DNA of 64,000 bases. It comes from the human T2T-CHM13v2.0 reference genome, Homo sapiens. Below the pieces are notes generated by a model. That model was not told the origin of the DNA. It saw only the letters and a list, made by a program, of their open reading frames with translations, and did not search any database. Shown here piece by piece: positions 11,801 through 31,249 of the stretch. The position numbers were made by a program, and so were the translations under genes. Where the stretch lies: assembly GCF_009914755.1 (NCBI RefSeq), contig NC_060926.1; one strand, written 5' to 3'. Position 1 is the stretch's first letter. Each line of letters opens with the position of its first letter.

Positions 11801-14504
11801 ATCACAATACATCTTTAAACCTGTCAATCAGGAATAAGCACCTAACCTTTCAGTATATTCCTTTCTTGTCGTTTTCTCTTGCTCTATATGAGTGTATGTG
11901 TATATACTTTTTATAATATTAGAAAACATCATATGTTTATGCACTGATTTTATTCAATCGTCACCACAACCTTACATTTACCCACATCAGTCTTCAAAGG
12001 AAGAATAAAAGCATGATCAAAAGCTGCATAACATTACAACCTATGGATGTACTATAATTTATAACATTCTCCTTTTATACTGAGGTTTTACTTGTCTAGT
12101 TAATTGATATTATAAACAATCTACTTTGAACAACCTTGTATCTAAATCTTGTCCACACTGCTTGTTTCTCACACCCACCTATATAGTATGTCCTGTGGAA
12201 GCATCACCTCCCAGGACACAATTCATCACTAACACTCTTAGTGCCTCCTGCAGCTCTCTGCTGTTTTCAGGATTTGCAATTGCCCAAGGGGTGTATGAGT
12301 ACGGACGGTGGCAGCAAGCATCCTGATCATCTCAAGGAACAGCCCTGGAGCAGCAGCAGCAGTTTGCGCCATGCAGTCAGGCAAGTGTAAGAGGCAGGTG
12401 TGTCTCCCGGCCTGCTGTCAGATAGATGGAAAGGGTGATTCTACTTCACAAGGCTGAGCATGGGATGCCTCCAACTGCTTTTCTCTCTCCACTCTCCCTG
12501 GACAGTGGCACTACGTTACCTATCAGTCAGCTTGGACAGCTCAGAGTTTTCATCTTTATTGCCATAAGTATTTTTAAGAAAAGGCTGGGGTTTTACTTTC
12601 CTGACATTTTTAACTAAAATAACTAAGCCCTGGAAGATACATAGCAGTTAGCCAAGTAAAGATGGACAGGAAGGGGTTTCCTGTGACTCTTAACATCACA
12701 AACAAGAAAACTGAGTAGAAACTGTAGTATATGCAGGCATCTGCAGGCAGTTCTCTAATGTATAAACTAAAAGGAGGGAGGGGTGAGACATTAAGACTGC
12801 AGCTATGAAGGGCAGACAGGTCACAAGATGCTACAAGCCCCACAGAGGACCTTGGATCCAAATGCAAAAAGAATCAGGTCTGCATTCAGATGGATAATGT
12901 TGGTACTACCAGAGGCAGGAGGACCAGTTGTGAGGCTAACATAATACCTGAGGGGAGAGATGCTCGGACCTGAATTCATGTAGCCGAGGCTATAAGAATA
13001 TGTAGAAGAAAAAATCAGCTGAATCAGAAGCAGATTTAGTTGTGGGCACTTACTATCTTTGCTAGTTACATATTGCCCATTTCCGGTCTGTGCGTGCCAC
13101 CAGGACACCATGTCTCCTGAAAGCCCAGAGGGTCAGGGCACATGGTTCTCTTTATGGAAGGAAGCACAGTGCCACATGTCCCAAAGGCTTCACAATGATT
13201 TCTGCTGTGATGAGGGTGGTCACAACTCTGATGGCTGGTATGTTATAAACTGCACAGGAAGTCCAACTACATGTCAGCTCCAGAAGAGGAAAAACACTTG
13301 TACTTCCTTTGTTAAAAAAAAAAAAGAGCGAAGGAGCAGCTTCCAAGCAGGAGGCTGTGAACCATTCCCTCACTGTCACTGGGCATCGCTTCTGTCTTAA
13401 GGCGATCACGTGGGCATAGCTGCACACATTAAAATGGTTTCATTAAAAGCCTCCAGTCATTCATTTTGCTTATTAAAGCCACTCCACAATGATATTCACA
13501 ATGGAAATCTCAGCTGTCCCTAGCAATGATACTAAAATACAATTAATTCCTCTTCCCGAGGAGTCTGTAGGTATGCGCTTGAGGTATTGTGTTAATTGCC
13601 ACTGCTTCATACCATGGCTTCAATTAGGAATCAGAATGGGAGCAAGACAAACATGGATCCCATTAAGTTTCAGAGGACTTGAAGCTAAAGTTTTTCCCCC
13701 ACCCTACTCTTACATTGATTATAACAGCACAGAGGATTCTATCTGGGGAACTATAGTGACATCCAGTGGCTGTGAAGCAAACCACACCAGTTGCAAAACC
13801 TGGTTTACTACATCATGAAAGGAGAAATATTTGTTGATGTGCTGACATTTTAAATTCAATGTCTGTCAAAGTGTGTGTACAAGTAGAACCATATAATAAT
13901 ATGATCCAAAATCAGGCCATTCAGAGATTCATAACAAAATCAAGATATTTAGTTGTCTTCCATGACTGACTCTGCCTATTAAAATTCTCAGCAGCCATAT
14001 ATTAATAATTACAGGTAGAGGATATGAAACATGGACATTGCATTCAAAGTTCCAAACATAGTATTATTATACAATTCATGTTTTGTACAAATTCAAAAAC
14101 AGGTAACTTTTAGCATGATTCTCTCTCGCTCAGCCAAAATAAATATCTGGCTCTGCTATAAGGTGAACTGGGTTGGCTCAGTTCAATCTCAGTAATTTCA
14201 TTACCACCTGGGTTAGGAACGTTTATACGAAAGTTTTCTTGGTGGTTTGCAATTTAAATTATAGCATTCCTGAGAGAGATGTAGAGTGAGACAGAGGCAA
14301 ACCGACCGCAGAATCTCAGGAACATTTGCTTGAAATATTGTGGTGGGAAGAAACCAACTTGCTTCAGTGGAAAATGCAGATTACAGAATCTAATGGAATC
14401 TAGATCTTTGTATTCCTGCATGTAAATGGATATTAAAATACATACTCTATGCACACTAGTAGTAGCTATCACACATATGCATTTATATTAAAAATACTAA
14501 TAAC

Positions 14505-14798
14505 GGTCGGGCGTGGTGGCTCACGCCTGTAATCCCAGCACTTTGGGAGGCCAAGGCAGATGGATCACTTGAGGTCAGGAGTTCAAGACCAGCCTAGCCA
14601 ACATAGTGAAACCCCATCTCTACTAAAAATACAAAAATTAGCCAGGCGTGATGGTGCACGCCTGAAATCCCAGCTACTCAGGAGTCTGAGGCGCAAGAAT
14701 CACTTGCAGCTGGGAGGCGGAGGAGGCAGTGAGCCAGTATCACATACTGTACTCCACCCTGGGCGACAGACGGCGACTCCATCTCGGAAAAAAAAAAA
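14505..14798 (+). mobile_element. AluS
   Basis: Full dimer, A-tail, TSD aaaatactaataa. Confidence 0.95.
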
Positions 14799-15641
14799 TA
14801 CTAATAAGATTGAAGTTTCCTTTGCCACAGAAAATTTAACTCTGAAATTAGACTTCAGGTTCAGGAACTTACCACATTTTGAATTTCAAGTATTCCCCCT
14901 TCTGCTTTTAGTAGCTTGTGATATGGTTTAGACAGATGAGAAGCAACGATAGTAGCATATGTATTCACAACTCGGAATGTCTCTGAAACTGGCCTAAGCT
15001 TATCTTGGTCACTAAAAGTGAGCTAAAGTGCAGAAAACCCTCAACTCTCATCTATCCTATAAGTCAAAATATCCTTACCTATGAGGCCTCAGGATCTCAC
15101 AAACACTAAATCTCATAAACAGACCACGTGTGAAGATGGTACAATGGCTGCATGTACAGCTAGTAGAAATGACAGATAGGTGGGGATCATTCCAGGGAGC
15201 CACAGGTAGTCTGATGGAAAAGCAAAATAAAAGGTCAAATCTTGCATTCTGGTCTCCTTAGTAGTATACTTTTAAAACTAAATCACATCATATTCTTCTC
15301 TGACTCAAAGACCTCCCCTTGCTTTTTCTCTCACTCAGTGTAAATGCCAGGCCCACTTCTTGGCCTATGAGACCCTACACGATCTGGTCCTGGGGCAACT
15401 CTGTGATGTCCTCTCCCATTACCTTCCACCTTATTGACTCCACTCCAGGTGCAATGGCCCCTAGGCTGCTTCCTGAACACAAGCACACTGCCACGTCCAG
15501 GCCTTTCCACTTGCTGTTCCCTCTGTCTAGAACAATCTTCCACTTAATTGCACAGCCTGCCTGCTACGTGCTTCATTTCTCTACTCAAACATCACTCCGT
15601 CAGGGAGGCTTTCTCTGATGCCTCTTTAAAGTGCATCTCCC

Positions 15642-15940
<299 letters not shown>

Positions 15941-16498
15941 TAAAGCACATCTCCCTTCTGCTCTAGCACTCACTCTCCCTCTTTCCTCCTGCTTTCCCTC
16001 CCCAGAGCTTATCATCCTCTACGGGATAACAAATATTAGGCCTTGTTTCCTGTCTCTCTCCCAGTGAAAATGCAAACTCACAAGGGCAATACTTTTTGTC
16101 TGTTTTGCTCATACTGCATCCCCAGAATCTACAGCAAAATATAGGCTTGGTACAAAATTGTCAATAAATATTTGCTAAACTGTTTGGGTAACGCAGCCAG
16201 AGAAGGCAAGAGGAGTTACTGATTTTTGTGGAATCTGTAAAATGACAAGTAAAAAACTACAAATACTCAAGATATATTTTAAGTGCACAAAAGAAAAAAG
16301 AAAAAGAAGGTAGTCTATAAGAGTTAATACATATAGCAACTATGTTAAAGTAGAGAAACTGATTAAAGAGTTTTAAAAAATGTTAACATTAGTTATCTCG
16401 GTCTTGAAATTATGAATAATTTTGTTTACTTCATGATTTTTGAGGTATTTACAATGAGATAGATTATTTTTGTATTTAAAATATTTTTTAAAATAATA

Positions 16499-16940
<442 letters not shown>

Positions 16941-16997
16941 ATAATTTAAATTTAAATAAATAGATACTATGCCCTTCCCTTTACAATTCTATTTATT

Positions 16998-18800
<1,803 letters not shown>

Positions 18801-20147
18801 TATAATTTTATTTATTGAAAATTCATCATTTTGGACAAAAAGAGTGCAAGAATGGTTCTTAAACAATATGCAGAGCCGACTAGCTGATCACTAAAGTTCT
18901 GGAAAATAGTTCATCCTTTGGTTCTTTACATCAGTAGCACTCACAGAAGACTTGCAGTAAAGATGTCAGCGGTTTATTCTGTTAACAAAGAGTATCTGTA
19001 GCTGCATATCACATTTAAGGAGAAAAAAACCACTGTAGTTCTTTCCATTCATTTAAATATGCAAATTAAATTGAACATTTTACTTCCTACCACAATTAGA
19101 CTGAATAGATATTGCAAGATTATAATAAACTAAGCAAAAAGGCAAAACTAAAACAAAAAACATTTTAAAGACAAAACTGTTTATATTTTGTGCTGAGGAA
19201 GATGACAGTACCTCAATAGTGATTACTCTCCTCTTACATCGGTAAAGAACTGGAAGCTATTAAATCTAATACATGTTAGTTTTGGGGTAGCATTAATGTT
19301 TTCAATTGTTCTGTTTAAACATATAATCTGAGTGAAAAACCAAAGGAAAACAAAAACACAAGAAGGCTCTGGAAATAAAATTCTTTCTTATGAGCTTTGG
19401 TCTAATGCATGGTTGATGAAGTCATGAGAATATGCTCATATCTTTGATTTTATTTCAGCAGTTTCCAGAAAATACAGTAATAAAGAAATAAACTTCTATT
19501 GCTACTTGATGCCTAAAAGTTTAAATTTAGTATGTGGATCAAATTAATTCCCAGTGTTCCACTTTCAGCTTTTGCATTAAAAGACCTGTGTGTTTTATTC
19601 CTTAATACAAATAATTTGCAGTGTTCTCAGGGAAAAACACTTCTTGATTTACAGAGCAGATTTTTATTACTGAACTGCAAAGCTATTTGTTAGAGATAAA
19701 TGGTAGTGACTATAACAAAAAAAAATTTAAGTCCCCCCGAAAGAAAAATTTAAGAATATAAAATACTGTAATAATATATTATGCTAATTAGGAGCTAAAT
19801 GAAATAGCTTGGAATAGGGCAGATATCTATTGAGAATTAACACCATACTTCTAGGAGATTAATTATCATGTATAGAAGTTAAACTAGTCACAAGTGGCAA
19901 TGAAGAAAATATATGTTGAGCCTCTTCTGTCCTAGAAGATGAGGCAACAAGTCATATTGGCCAGTATGACATACCTTTAGAAGCAAGCGTCCTTGGCAGG
20001 TTGATAACTATCTAGGCTGAGCTGTCAAAGTCAGTTGCACTATTGTAGCTCATCAGCTATCAGCTGAGGATACCGTGGAACAATTCTAGCTTCCTCTCCA
20101 CAGGCCTTACTCTATCCCCTTCACGAGGTTCTGACATGTCCTAGGAC

Positions 20148-21335
20148 ACCAGTTGTCAAATCAGAAGTACAAACATTTTCTAAATGGTTCAGGGAATGCA
20201 TGTAGTGTTCAAAAAAACCACTTCCCAAATCTTTAAAAAATGAATCCTTCTAAGAACACACCTTTTCTGCCAAAATCATTTTTAATTCCGTTTCATAAGA
20301 GAAAGGATGTTCATTTGAACAGAACCTTTCATTGGCACATTGCTCTGAGGCATAAACTCTTGAATGCATCAAACAAAGGGACGATTTTGTATATTGGCAG
20401 CTATGCTAGAAAGTAAATGACTCTAATGACTATGTATAAAATTCTTTCACAAGTCTGAACAAATTGAAGCAACTAATGGAGCTGTCACTGATAAATTATT
20501 TAAAATGATTTTGATGATTTCTTACTAAAAGTTGTTAAACATATAATGCAATGAAGTTTGTGGCAGGCTGAACTATAGCCCCCGAAAGATAACCACATCT
20601 TAATTCCTAGAACCTGTGAATGTCACGTGGAAAAAAAATTTTGCAGACAGTATTAAATTAAGGATCTTGAAATGGAGATTATCCTGAATTATCTGGGTGG
20701 GCCCGAAATGTTACCGCTTTTATAAGAAAGAGGGAGACTTGACACAGACAGAAGAGCAGAAAGCAATATGACCACAGTGGCAGAGATTAGGTGATGCAGC
20801 CACAAGCCAACAAATGCTGGCAGCCACCAGAGCTGGAAGAGGCAAGAAATTAGAGCTTCCAGAGGACACACATCCCTGACGACACCTTGATTTCACTCCA
20901 GTGATATGGATTTCAGTCTTCTGGCCTCCAAAATGTGAGAATAAATTTCTGTTGCTTTAAGACGAGTTTGTGGTAATTTGGAACAGCAACCACAGGAAAC
21001 TAATAAGGAGTTCAAAGAATCGAATGACACTGCCATAACGAACTCCTTCCTGTCTTATCTACTTATATGTAAACATGTTTTGAAAACAAATCTATAAAAA
21101 TAAGAAATCAGGGGACAAAATTGTTGCCAAATCCTGTCTCACTCTAGTAGAACGAATTCTTTAGAACATACTAAAAGAATATTTTTAAGCCCTTCACACT
21201 TCACAATAGAGATGCATTTCCAAATAAAACATTTTAAGAGGCTACTCCTTGTGTTTATGTCTTAAAAATGTGAAGGACTTACTTATTTCTTCAAGAAAAA
21301 TTTAGGGTCTACACTACCATAAAGAGAACCACTGC
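20148..21335 (+). mobile_element. Degraded hAT-Charlie DNA transposon fragment interrupted by an MLT1 LTR
   Basis: Remnant resembling the hAT dimerisation motif (ccttcctgtcttatctacttatatgtaaaca) and terminal gagaaccactg. Confidence 0.5.
20559..21005 (+). mobile_element. MLT1D-like MaLR LTR
   Basis: tgtggcaggctgaactatagcccc...acagcaaccacaggaaactaata. Confidence 0.85.
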
Positions 21336-21689
21336 TATGGGTATTTGTACCTGTCTGTGCTACAATTGACTCAAAATGTGGTCCAAATGACAGCTTACTT
21401 TTTTAAATAAATCAAACACTTTGCATTGTGCTAATAAAATTATTATGAAATGTATTCTTCCATCAATTTGAGCTGTTTTAGGTCTAAAATTCCCATAGAT
21501 CTTTAAATGAAGAGGGGTGGGTAAATTATAAAAATTTCTAGGCTTGTTTCTACTTTGCGCTACTTTCTTTCTCTTGTGACTACAAATAACAAAAAATAAA
21601 AGAATAAAGAAATGATTATTCATAATTCTTTTCTATTTTTGTACCTCGGAAGAAAATCTTCACCATAGGATCTATACTAAAATAAACAG

Positions 21690-22935
21690 AAAAGCAGGAC
21701 TTCCTGAAAAATAATGGCAAAGAAGCCACTGGCTTCACTCTCCCCAACAGAAAACCAAAACCAAATAAATAGCACTGAGATTTTCCCCAGAAGTATCCCA
21801 GAACTCAAATATGAAGATGAGGCAGTTCCACGGGCGACAGGAAAGTAAAGAAAAGCTCCAGATGGTAAGAGAATCAAACTTCCATATCCACCACGATGCC
21901 CCTCCCACAAGCTTGTGAAAAACTTTCCCCCAACTCACTGTGTTTACACCAGAAAAAGTGAGATTAAGGTAGACAACCTCTTACCCCATCTTGGGTTCCC
22001 TGGCAGAAGATCTGCCTCTGTCTTAATCATAGGAAGCATCGTGATTGCCTGATGGGAGAAATATCCCTGAGGACAGGCAGAGACATAAAAGGGGGCAGGA
22101 CAACCATTCCCAGCCCCAGAAACTCTGCTCTGCAACCCAGCCAAAGGAGACACCAAATCAGAGTGGCTGTTCAGCAGCACCACACGATAGGAGGTTCATC
22201 CCACAGGTCCCCTGGCCATGGGTCCCTAGCCAGCTGTCCCAAACTGTTGGGATATCCCCTTTGGGAACCTCTCCCATTTGGAAAGTGCAGTGCTCTGACC
22301 TTCACTAGAGCCAAGGCGAACCTAGGTTTAAGGCACCACCTAGAGCCAAAAAGAAGGCAATGACCTATGGGCAAAAACCTCTAAGGAATATATCCAATAA
22401 AGAACAAAAGAAGCCAGGTAAAGAAGGCTCGAATAAATAACTAATCCTTCAGTGCCAAGATACAGACACACATCCACAAAAACAACAGCGAACAGGGAAC
22501 CTTGATCTCTCTAAACAGACACAAGGAACCAGTTAGTGACCCCAGCAAGACAGCGATATGTGAGCTCTGACCAAGAATTTAAAATAGCACCTTTAAGGAA
22601 ATTCAGTGACTGCCAGGATGAAACTGATAAAATCAATTCAGATATTTATAAGATAAATTTAACAATGAGATTGAATTTTTTAAAAAATACAACAAATTGT
22701 GAACCTGAGAACTACATTTTCTGAACTGAAAAATTCATTAGAGGCTCTCAACAGCAGAATGGATCAAGCAGAGGAAAACATCAATGAGTTGGCTATCTGA
22801 AAATACATGATCAGAAGGAAAAAAAGAAAAAAGAATGAAAAGGAACTGGGATCACCTACAAGATATAGAAAATTATCTCAAAACACCAAATCTAAGAATT
22901 ATTGGTGTTCAAGAGGGAGCTGAACAAGAAATAGA
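21690..22935 (+). mobile_element. Old L1M 5' portion (5'UTR plus degraded ORF1), antisense to GRB14
   Basis: ORF1 remnants: gaatttaaaatagca, ctcaacagcagaatggatcaagcagaggaaa, ccaaatctaagaattattggtgttcaagaggga (PNLRIIGVQEG). Confidence 0.8.
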
Positions 22936-22972
22936 AAAGCAATGATGTGAGACAATAACTCCGTATCCTTAC

Positions 22973-23129
22973 CTACACCTATGTGAGGCAGGTGCTCAAA
23001 AAGGGTCCAGCTGTGGTCATCAATGTAATGATTCTTCAGGATCAACAGCTGACAAACATCTCGAGCCGTTATGTCACTGGGTACATCTAAAGCCCTGCTG
23101 GTTTCATCTTCACTGTATACTTTAATCAC
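22973..23129 (-). CDS. GRB14: GRB14 coding exon (157 nt, phase 0-1), VIKVYSEDETSRALDVPSDITARDVCQLLILKNHYIDDHSWTLFEHLPHIGV, N-terminal half of RA domain
   Basis: Acceptor tttttcttgtttctacctacacag|GTG and donor GTAG|gtaagg. The trailing G plus AA of the next exon forms Glu, preserving frame. Lies within ORF 22899..23147. Confidence 0.97.
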
Positions 23130-23174
23130 CTGTGTAGGTAGAAACAAGAAAAAGACCTAAAATATTCCTGTTTG

Positions 23175-24640
<1,466 letters not shown>

Positions 24641-24895
24641 TATTAAAATATCATTCTGGTAAGTCAGCAAAGATTAATCAGTTATAATTCCTTATACAGT
24701 GTCTTCTACATTTAATTTTCTTATACACTGAATGAATGTTATCTATCCAAGACTTGTTTATGTGCCAAAGCTACTTTGTCCGACAACTTTCATTCTCTTC
24801 AGTGTCTAAACTAAAGGTCATTCAATAACTATTTAGTATTACTTCCCCACCACTTTGGTCTATGAAAAAGCTATGTATCTCTTATCAATATTATA

Positions 24896-25290
<395 letters not shown>

Positions 25291-25394
25291 CTAGTAACAT
25301 GGGTGATTTATTGCAGATATACTCAAGCAGTACAAGGAGGGAATAGAATCAGACTTTATGAAAAGATTTCTCCATCTCAGGTATGAATATTTCA

Positions 25395-25757
25395 GTAAAA
25401 ATTGGCCAGATGTTCACCCAATCCTTTCTCTTTTCTCCCCTGCAATTAGTTGTGGCCAAAGAATTGAATTTTAGTCAATGGAATGTAAGCATATAGAATG
25501 TTACACTTCCTGGCCCATGAAAATCTCCTACATATTGTCCTCCATTGCTTTTTGCCATTCTCCCACTGAACAGAATGACTACAAAGGCCTAGAGGAAAGG
25601 AAAGCCATAAGACAGAATGAGCCTTTGTTCCTAAATAACCACATAGAAGACGCCTAACTATGAAAACCCATATAAGACTCTGACATGAGCAAGAAATAAA
25701 CTTCTATTCTGTTAACTCACTGTGAATTAGGATTTATCTATTACAGCAGCTAATGTT
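25395..25757 (+). mobile_element. Old ERVL/MaLR-type LTR (LTR16/MLT1J-like)
   Basis: gacatgagcaagaaataaacttctattctgttaa...ttacagcagc terminus. Confidence 0.55.
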
Positions 25758-26285
25758 ATAAATTAAAATGATATATCAATTCTGTCCTATCTTTTAAAAA
25801 TTATACTTAATGACAGTGCAATGAAATAGTTGCTCTCTCTTACAATGATATAAAGTGGTAAAACTATTTTGTACATCTATTGGAGAATATTTACCAGAAG
25901 TATTAAATGGTCTATTCCTTTGACCCAGCAATTTTTCTTAAGCAAACTACTTTAAACATCTGAACTAAATATGGAAAATGGCTTTAGGCATTACATGTCC
26001 AGCAAAGCATTATGTGTCATTCTATTGACCTAAACATCCAACAATAAAAAAAAAAATGCAAACTACAGTATTTTCACAGAATGGAATATTATATGGTCCC
26101 TAAAAATGTTATTCAAGAAAATGATATAAGAGCACTTAAAAATTCTTCAGTGGTACGTGCAAAATTACTTGGCTTTGTCTACCAGTCGCCTACTCCTCTT
26201 CTGATAGATAGATACATTTCCTTTTAGAGTACCACTCCCTCCCTCACCAGCAGACTTGGTGCTCTGGTAGCTCCACCTTCAGCTC

Positions 26286-26476
26286 AGTGACAGTTTGCTG
26301 GAGCTGCTGGAACTGGCTTGCAAGAGCTGATTATTAAATATTCAGGAGCTCTAAAAGCCAGGCATCTTAAAATCAGCCATGATGGAAGTATTTATATGAT
26401 AGAAACCAGTAAATTTTACATATAAGGTCTTTTTAAAATTTTTATTTTTAGAGCCAGTTTATCAGTGCACCATCGC
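26286..26476 (+). mobile_element. MER63-like hAT element, inside MLT1 fragments (about 26150-26870)
   Basis: tgctggagctg...ggcttgcaagagctgattattaaata...gagccagtttatcagtgcacca. Confidence 0.7.
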
Positions 26477-27140
26477 CTCAGCTCCAGGGTGGAAGATGTT
26501 TTCTATATTGACTAATCAGTACCCAGACAACAGTGATTATTTAACAGATGAGCATGTGACTTAATCAGAAGCAGTTAGAGCCAATTTAGATATATGTTCA
26601 CATAACCTTGGCACACACTTCCTTTTCTACTGGACCTAAGCCTGGGAAAATGTAGGCTGGAGCTGCTACTGTTACTAAAAGAACAACTGTGGGCAAATGG
26701 GGCCCACACAGAGTAAGTCATAATGCAATAGACTGAATGTTTGTACCCTCCAAAATTCACATGTTGAATCCCTAGTCCCAGATGATGATATCTGGAAGTG
26801 GGGCCTTTGGGAGGTAATTACATTATGCAGGTGGGGCCCCTATAAATAGGATTAGTGTCCTATGGAATAGATCACTATGTGACCCAAACCAAATAAGACA
26901 AACACTTGCAAACCATTCTTTCTTAGTTGCACGTGTGATTCCTTCTACCTGGAAGAAATTTCAGTGCTCCGCTCACAAACAACATGCTTTCTCTGGCAAA
27001 CTTCCACCTAAATTTGGCCCTGGTTCCAATCACACTTGCTCCAGAAAGCCTTCCCTGACTGTCCAAGGGTTCATAATGCGCCTCTTTTATGTGCTCTCAT
27101 TTTGTAACTTTTTGTTTGCATGTCTTTCTCCCCAGCTATG

Positions 27141-27559
27141 TGTCTTAGACTGTTTTGTGCTGATATTAAGGAATATCTGAGGCTGGGTAATTTATAAAGA
27201 AAAGAGGTTTATTCGGCTCATGGTTCTGCAGGCTGGAAAAGAAGGATGGTGCTGGCATCTGCTTCTGGTAAGGAGCTCAGGATGCTTACAGTCATGTCAG
27301 AAGACAAAGCGGGAGCAGGGGTGTCACATGGCAAGAGAGAAAGCAAGAGGGAGGGGAGGGCGGTGTAAGATGCTTTTTAACAAACAGATCTCTTGGGAGC
27401 TAAGAGTGAAAACTCACTCAATCCCATGAATATAGCACCAGGACATTCATGAGGAATCTGTCCCCATGACCCAAACACCTCCTGCTAAGCTCCACCTCCA
27501 ACATTGGCGATCAAATTTCAACATGAGATTTGGAGAGGACAAATATCCAAACTGTATCA
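27141..27559 (-). mobile_element. MST-family MaLR solo LTR
   Basis: tgtcttagactg...gaggctgggtaatttataaagaaaagaggtttatt...aaatatccaaactgtatca. Confidence 0.88.
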
Positions 27560-29001
27560 CCCTCCTAGCAAAAACTCTTTTAAGAAAAGTCTCTCTTTAT
27601 TCATAATTTATCATTGTATCACAGGAACCTACCCCAGGGTGATACATGACTTAATACAGATATGTGGAGCGAGGGAACTTTGTACCACTTACAAAGCCTA
27701 TCACAGTGCATTGTAAATGGTAGGTACTCTATATAATGGCAAATTTTAATAGAAAAGTATTTTCTGCCTTTGAGTATATAATTAATTCCCATTTTTATGC
27801 TCAGAAAATTAAAAATATTCTCAATGAGTAAGAGACAAATACTTTCTCATCATACAAATTCCTAGGTAGGAACTGACTCAATATGGCAGTTCTGAGTTTT
27901 TGAAGTCATTGAGGCTGATACTAAGTCATATGAAAAAGGTCATAAAAACACACTGTCAAAATCAGATGCTATTCTCTCTGAATTTTCACTTCATTCAAAT
28001 TTTGGTGAATACATGTCATGCCCTATGATGTCAAGGTCTATTTGGAGTCTCAGTGTTTCTCATGTTTGCATCTTGGTAGGCCACTGCTCTTAAGGATATA
28101 TCTTCAGTATGTGCATCTATACTAGAAAACTGATGGAATTCTGAGGCATGCTGCTGTGCTTACAACTGCCTGGACTAAACACTCGTGGGTGCTTCTGCCA
28201 AAGATGATGTGAAGATGACCACTCCTGAGAGAACAAGAGGAACCAACTCTGGGACTGCTCTTTCATATGCAGCAATAACATCACTGTTTCTGTTCCCTGC
28301 TGCACATTCCATGCCAAGAAATGGGGGGCCTGAAGAATGATCTAGGGGTTGCTGAAAATGTTCTCTGCACCTCCTGACTACCCCCATATGTTTTCCTACA
28401 GTAAGCTCTCATCACCTGGGGTAACAGAAGTATGCCTCTTATTTTGCATGTTCTATCTCTTATTTCAGAGAAGCTAAGAAAATGAAAAACTAGAGACATT
28501 CTGAAGGCTAAACCAATTTTTTTTTAAAAAGGGCTAGAAAAGAGCAAGAGGTAAAGTTGGATAAAATGAGAAAGTGACTAAATAATCAGGATATGCCACT
28601 ATTTTCTTCAGACTATGTCACTGCAAATTTAGACATAAGTTGACAAGAATTGAGATGCACAAATTTAGAGGGGCTTAGGCCAACTTGAATTTCTGGAATA
28701 AGTGCATATATTTCATTGTTAGAATGAATAAAACCTGCTGAGAGAAAAATTTAATATTTTTGTTTGAAATCCATTTCAAGCCCTTATTTTTTAAAAATCC
28801 TATTTAATGCTCACACTTATCCAAAATACACGTTCATCTATGAATAACGGAATTATATTTAGGTTGATATTCCACGCAGTAAATCTCTGTCATCTCTTAG
28901 ATATAGTCTGTAATTATCAAAATTCCTTATACGATGAATGGGATGCCTTTGTTAAAAAGTCTCATTTAATTTCTATTTATTCCTCCTTAAAATAAATGAA
29001 A

Positions 29002-29318
<317 letters not shown>

Positions 29319-29573
29319 TTAACTCTCTAGTAGAGTTGAATATGCCTCTTGCCCAAAGAATTACTACACTAAACCTTCCTATTTAAGAAGAATTCAACTC
29401 ATCACAAAAACTGCATGACTATATGGGTTAAAACTAAGTTAAAGACTTTTGTGATCATGTAAAAAACAAATAGCAGAGCTGTTCTTAAGAACCACTGAAG
29501 CAAAATATTAGTATTCTATTTCCTATACATACTAAAAGGTAAAAAAAAATTTAAACATTATATAATCATGCTA

Positions 29574-29625
29574 TTTAATAAAGGGATATTATACATTTCT
29601 TTAATAAAAGGATATTATACATTTC
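29574..29625. repeat. 26-bp tandem duplication
   Basis: tttaataaagggatattatacatttc / tttaataaaaggatattatacatttc. Confidence 0.9.
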
Positions 29626-31249
29626 CAGTGCAGTGGCCCAAATTCATAGCTTGCTTTAGAGTGAGGAGTATATTATTCATATCAATTTATTTACAAGATC
29701 TTTTGAAATTGGATGCCAACAGGAAGAAATTCTTCCTGGACCCTAAAGAAGAATAGGAAGAAATTTTGTTCCATCAAAGGATTGAAAGTTGACTAGCAAA
29801 AGAAACATAGCACTGATAATGTTTATCTATAACAACCCACCAGCATAAACAGAGCGTCCAAAGAAGGCCAAGATTGTACACACTGCCTGTGTTGGAAAGC
29901 CCTTCTGTGTCACTCTAATCCTGACAATCACAACAACTTTGGCCTTTGGAGTAGTTTACAGCTTCAAAAACTGCCCTAGGAGCACATGGCACCTAGCAAT
30001 GCAAATTTAATACGTAGTCACTGCAGCCCTTGCAGGGATATGCTGGAATGTGGGTGAAGCAAATCTCTGTTTTGGCTGACATTCTATCAAGGCATGTTTA
30101 TACACTTTACACATCAACTCCTCCCCTAGACTGCTCTTCATAAAAAGTAAGTGGAGGAAAGAGATTAAAAAAACTAACACAACCCATTTTTAGAATACTA
30201 GATGCAACAATGTTAAAGCACAAGAAGAAACGGTAACTTTTCAGAAAAAAAAACTTGAGGCCTTTTAAAGCCTCTAGACTAAAAGCGACAAAATATTTAA
30301 AATGAAAGTCAAAGGCCATTTCTAAAAATAAATAAACAAAATAAAGTCAAGTCAGTATGTATCACCTTGCTCCCAAAGCATACTTAGTATTTCTCTGCAT
30401 CACCTGAAATTCTAAGAACATATTTGGAAAGCTATAACTAAGGAAAAAAGTGAGCAAAGGCTAAGCAGTCAGCCTTTCTCCTCCTCCTTGCTGACTCCAA
30501 GGAATGGGATGGCATGGGATAGCCAGATCCTTTTCAATGTGAATTCATTCTAGAATATTTGAAATGAATTCAGCATTGTCAATGGTCGTTTGAGAATGTC
30601 ACAGAGCAGAAGAGGGCTTTGGATCTGCCATGACTGGAAAGTCATTAATTATGCCATAGGTTTGCCCCACTTATTCTTTGTTTCTTCAAGAATAGAGAGA
30701 AGAGAAATCATCATTCAGCAGGTAAAATAATGAGCATGGATTAAACATAAAACAATGAGTAAGAATCCATAAGATGAAGCAAGAGAAAGAAAAAAAAGAG
30801 CAAAAGTGAAAGAAAAAGATATTTGGGCATAGTTATCTATGGTTATCTTCTGTGTCAAAGTTTCTATTTTAGGAAATTTTAAATTCAATAGTTAAACCTA
30901 ACTAAATTACTATTAATTAATTAGTCTTCAATTTAAAATAATTTAAATATTATATTTATTTTAAATTTATTTTAAATATCATATTTAAATATGACCTTAG
31001 CATGATGAGACATATATAATTTTTAAACAGAAATATAAATTCATTAATTTATGTATTGTATCTATTAATTATATATGTATAGTTAACATATAGTTAATAC
31101 AAGATAAAAGAAACAAGGCTCACAGGAATTTGCTCTGAACTGTGTCCTAAAGCTAAGCTTATTTCTACAGCTCTTTGAAAGTTTATCATCTAACCACAGT
31201 AAAATTATAAAAGAGCTTATAATGTTTCAATATTTTTCTTTATTATTTT

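Noticed and set aside
22899-23147. ORF-track ORFs 22899..23147, 2300..2548 and 43501..43698 as stand-alone proteins
   Set aside because: Only the portions between splice sites are coding; the extensions are intronic read-through.
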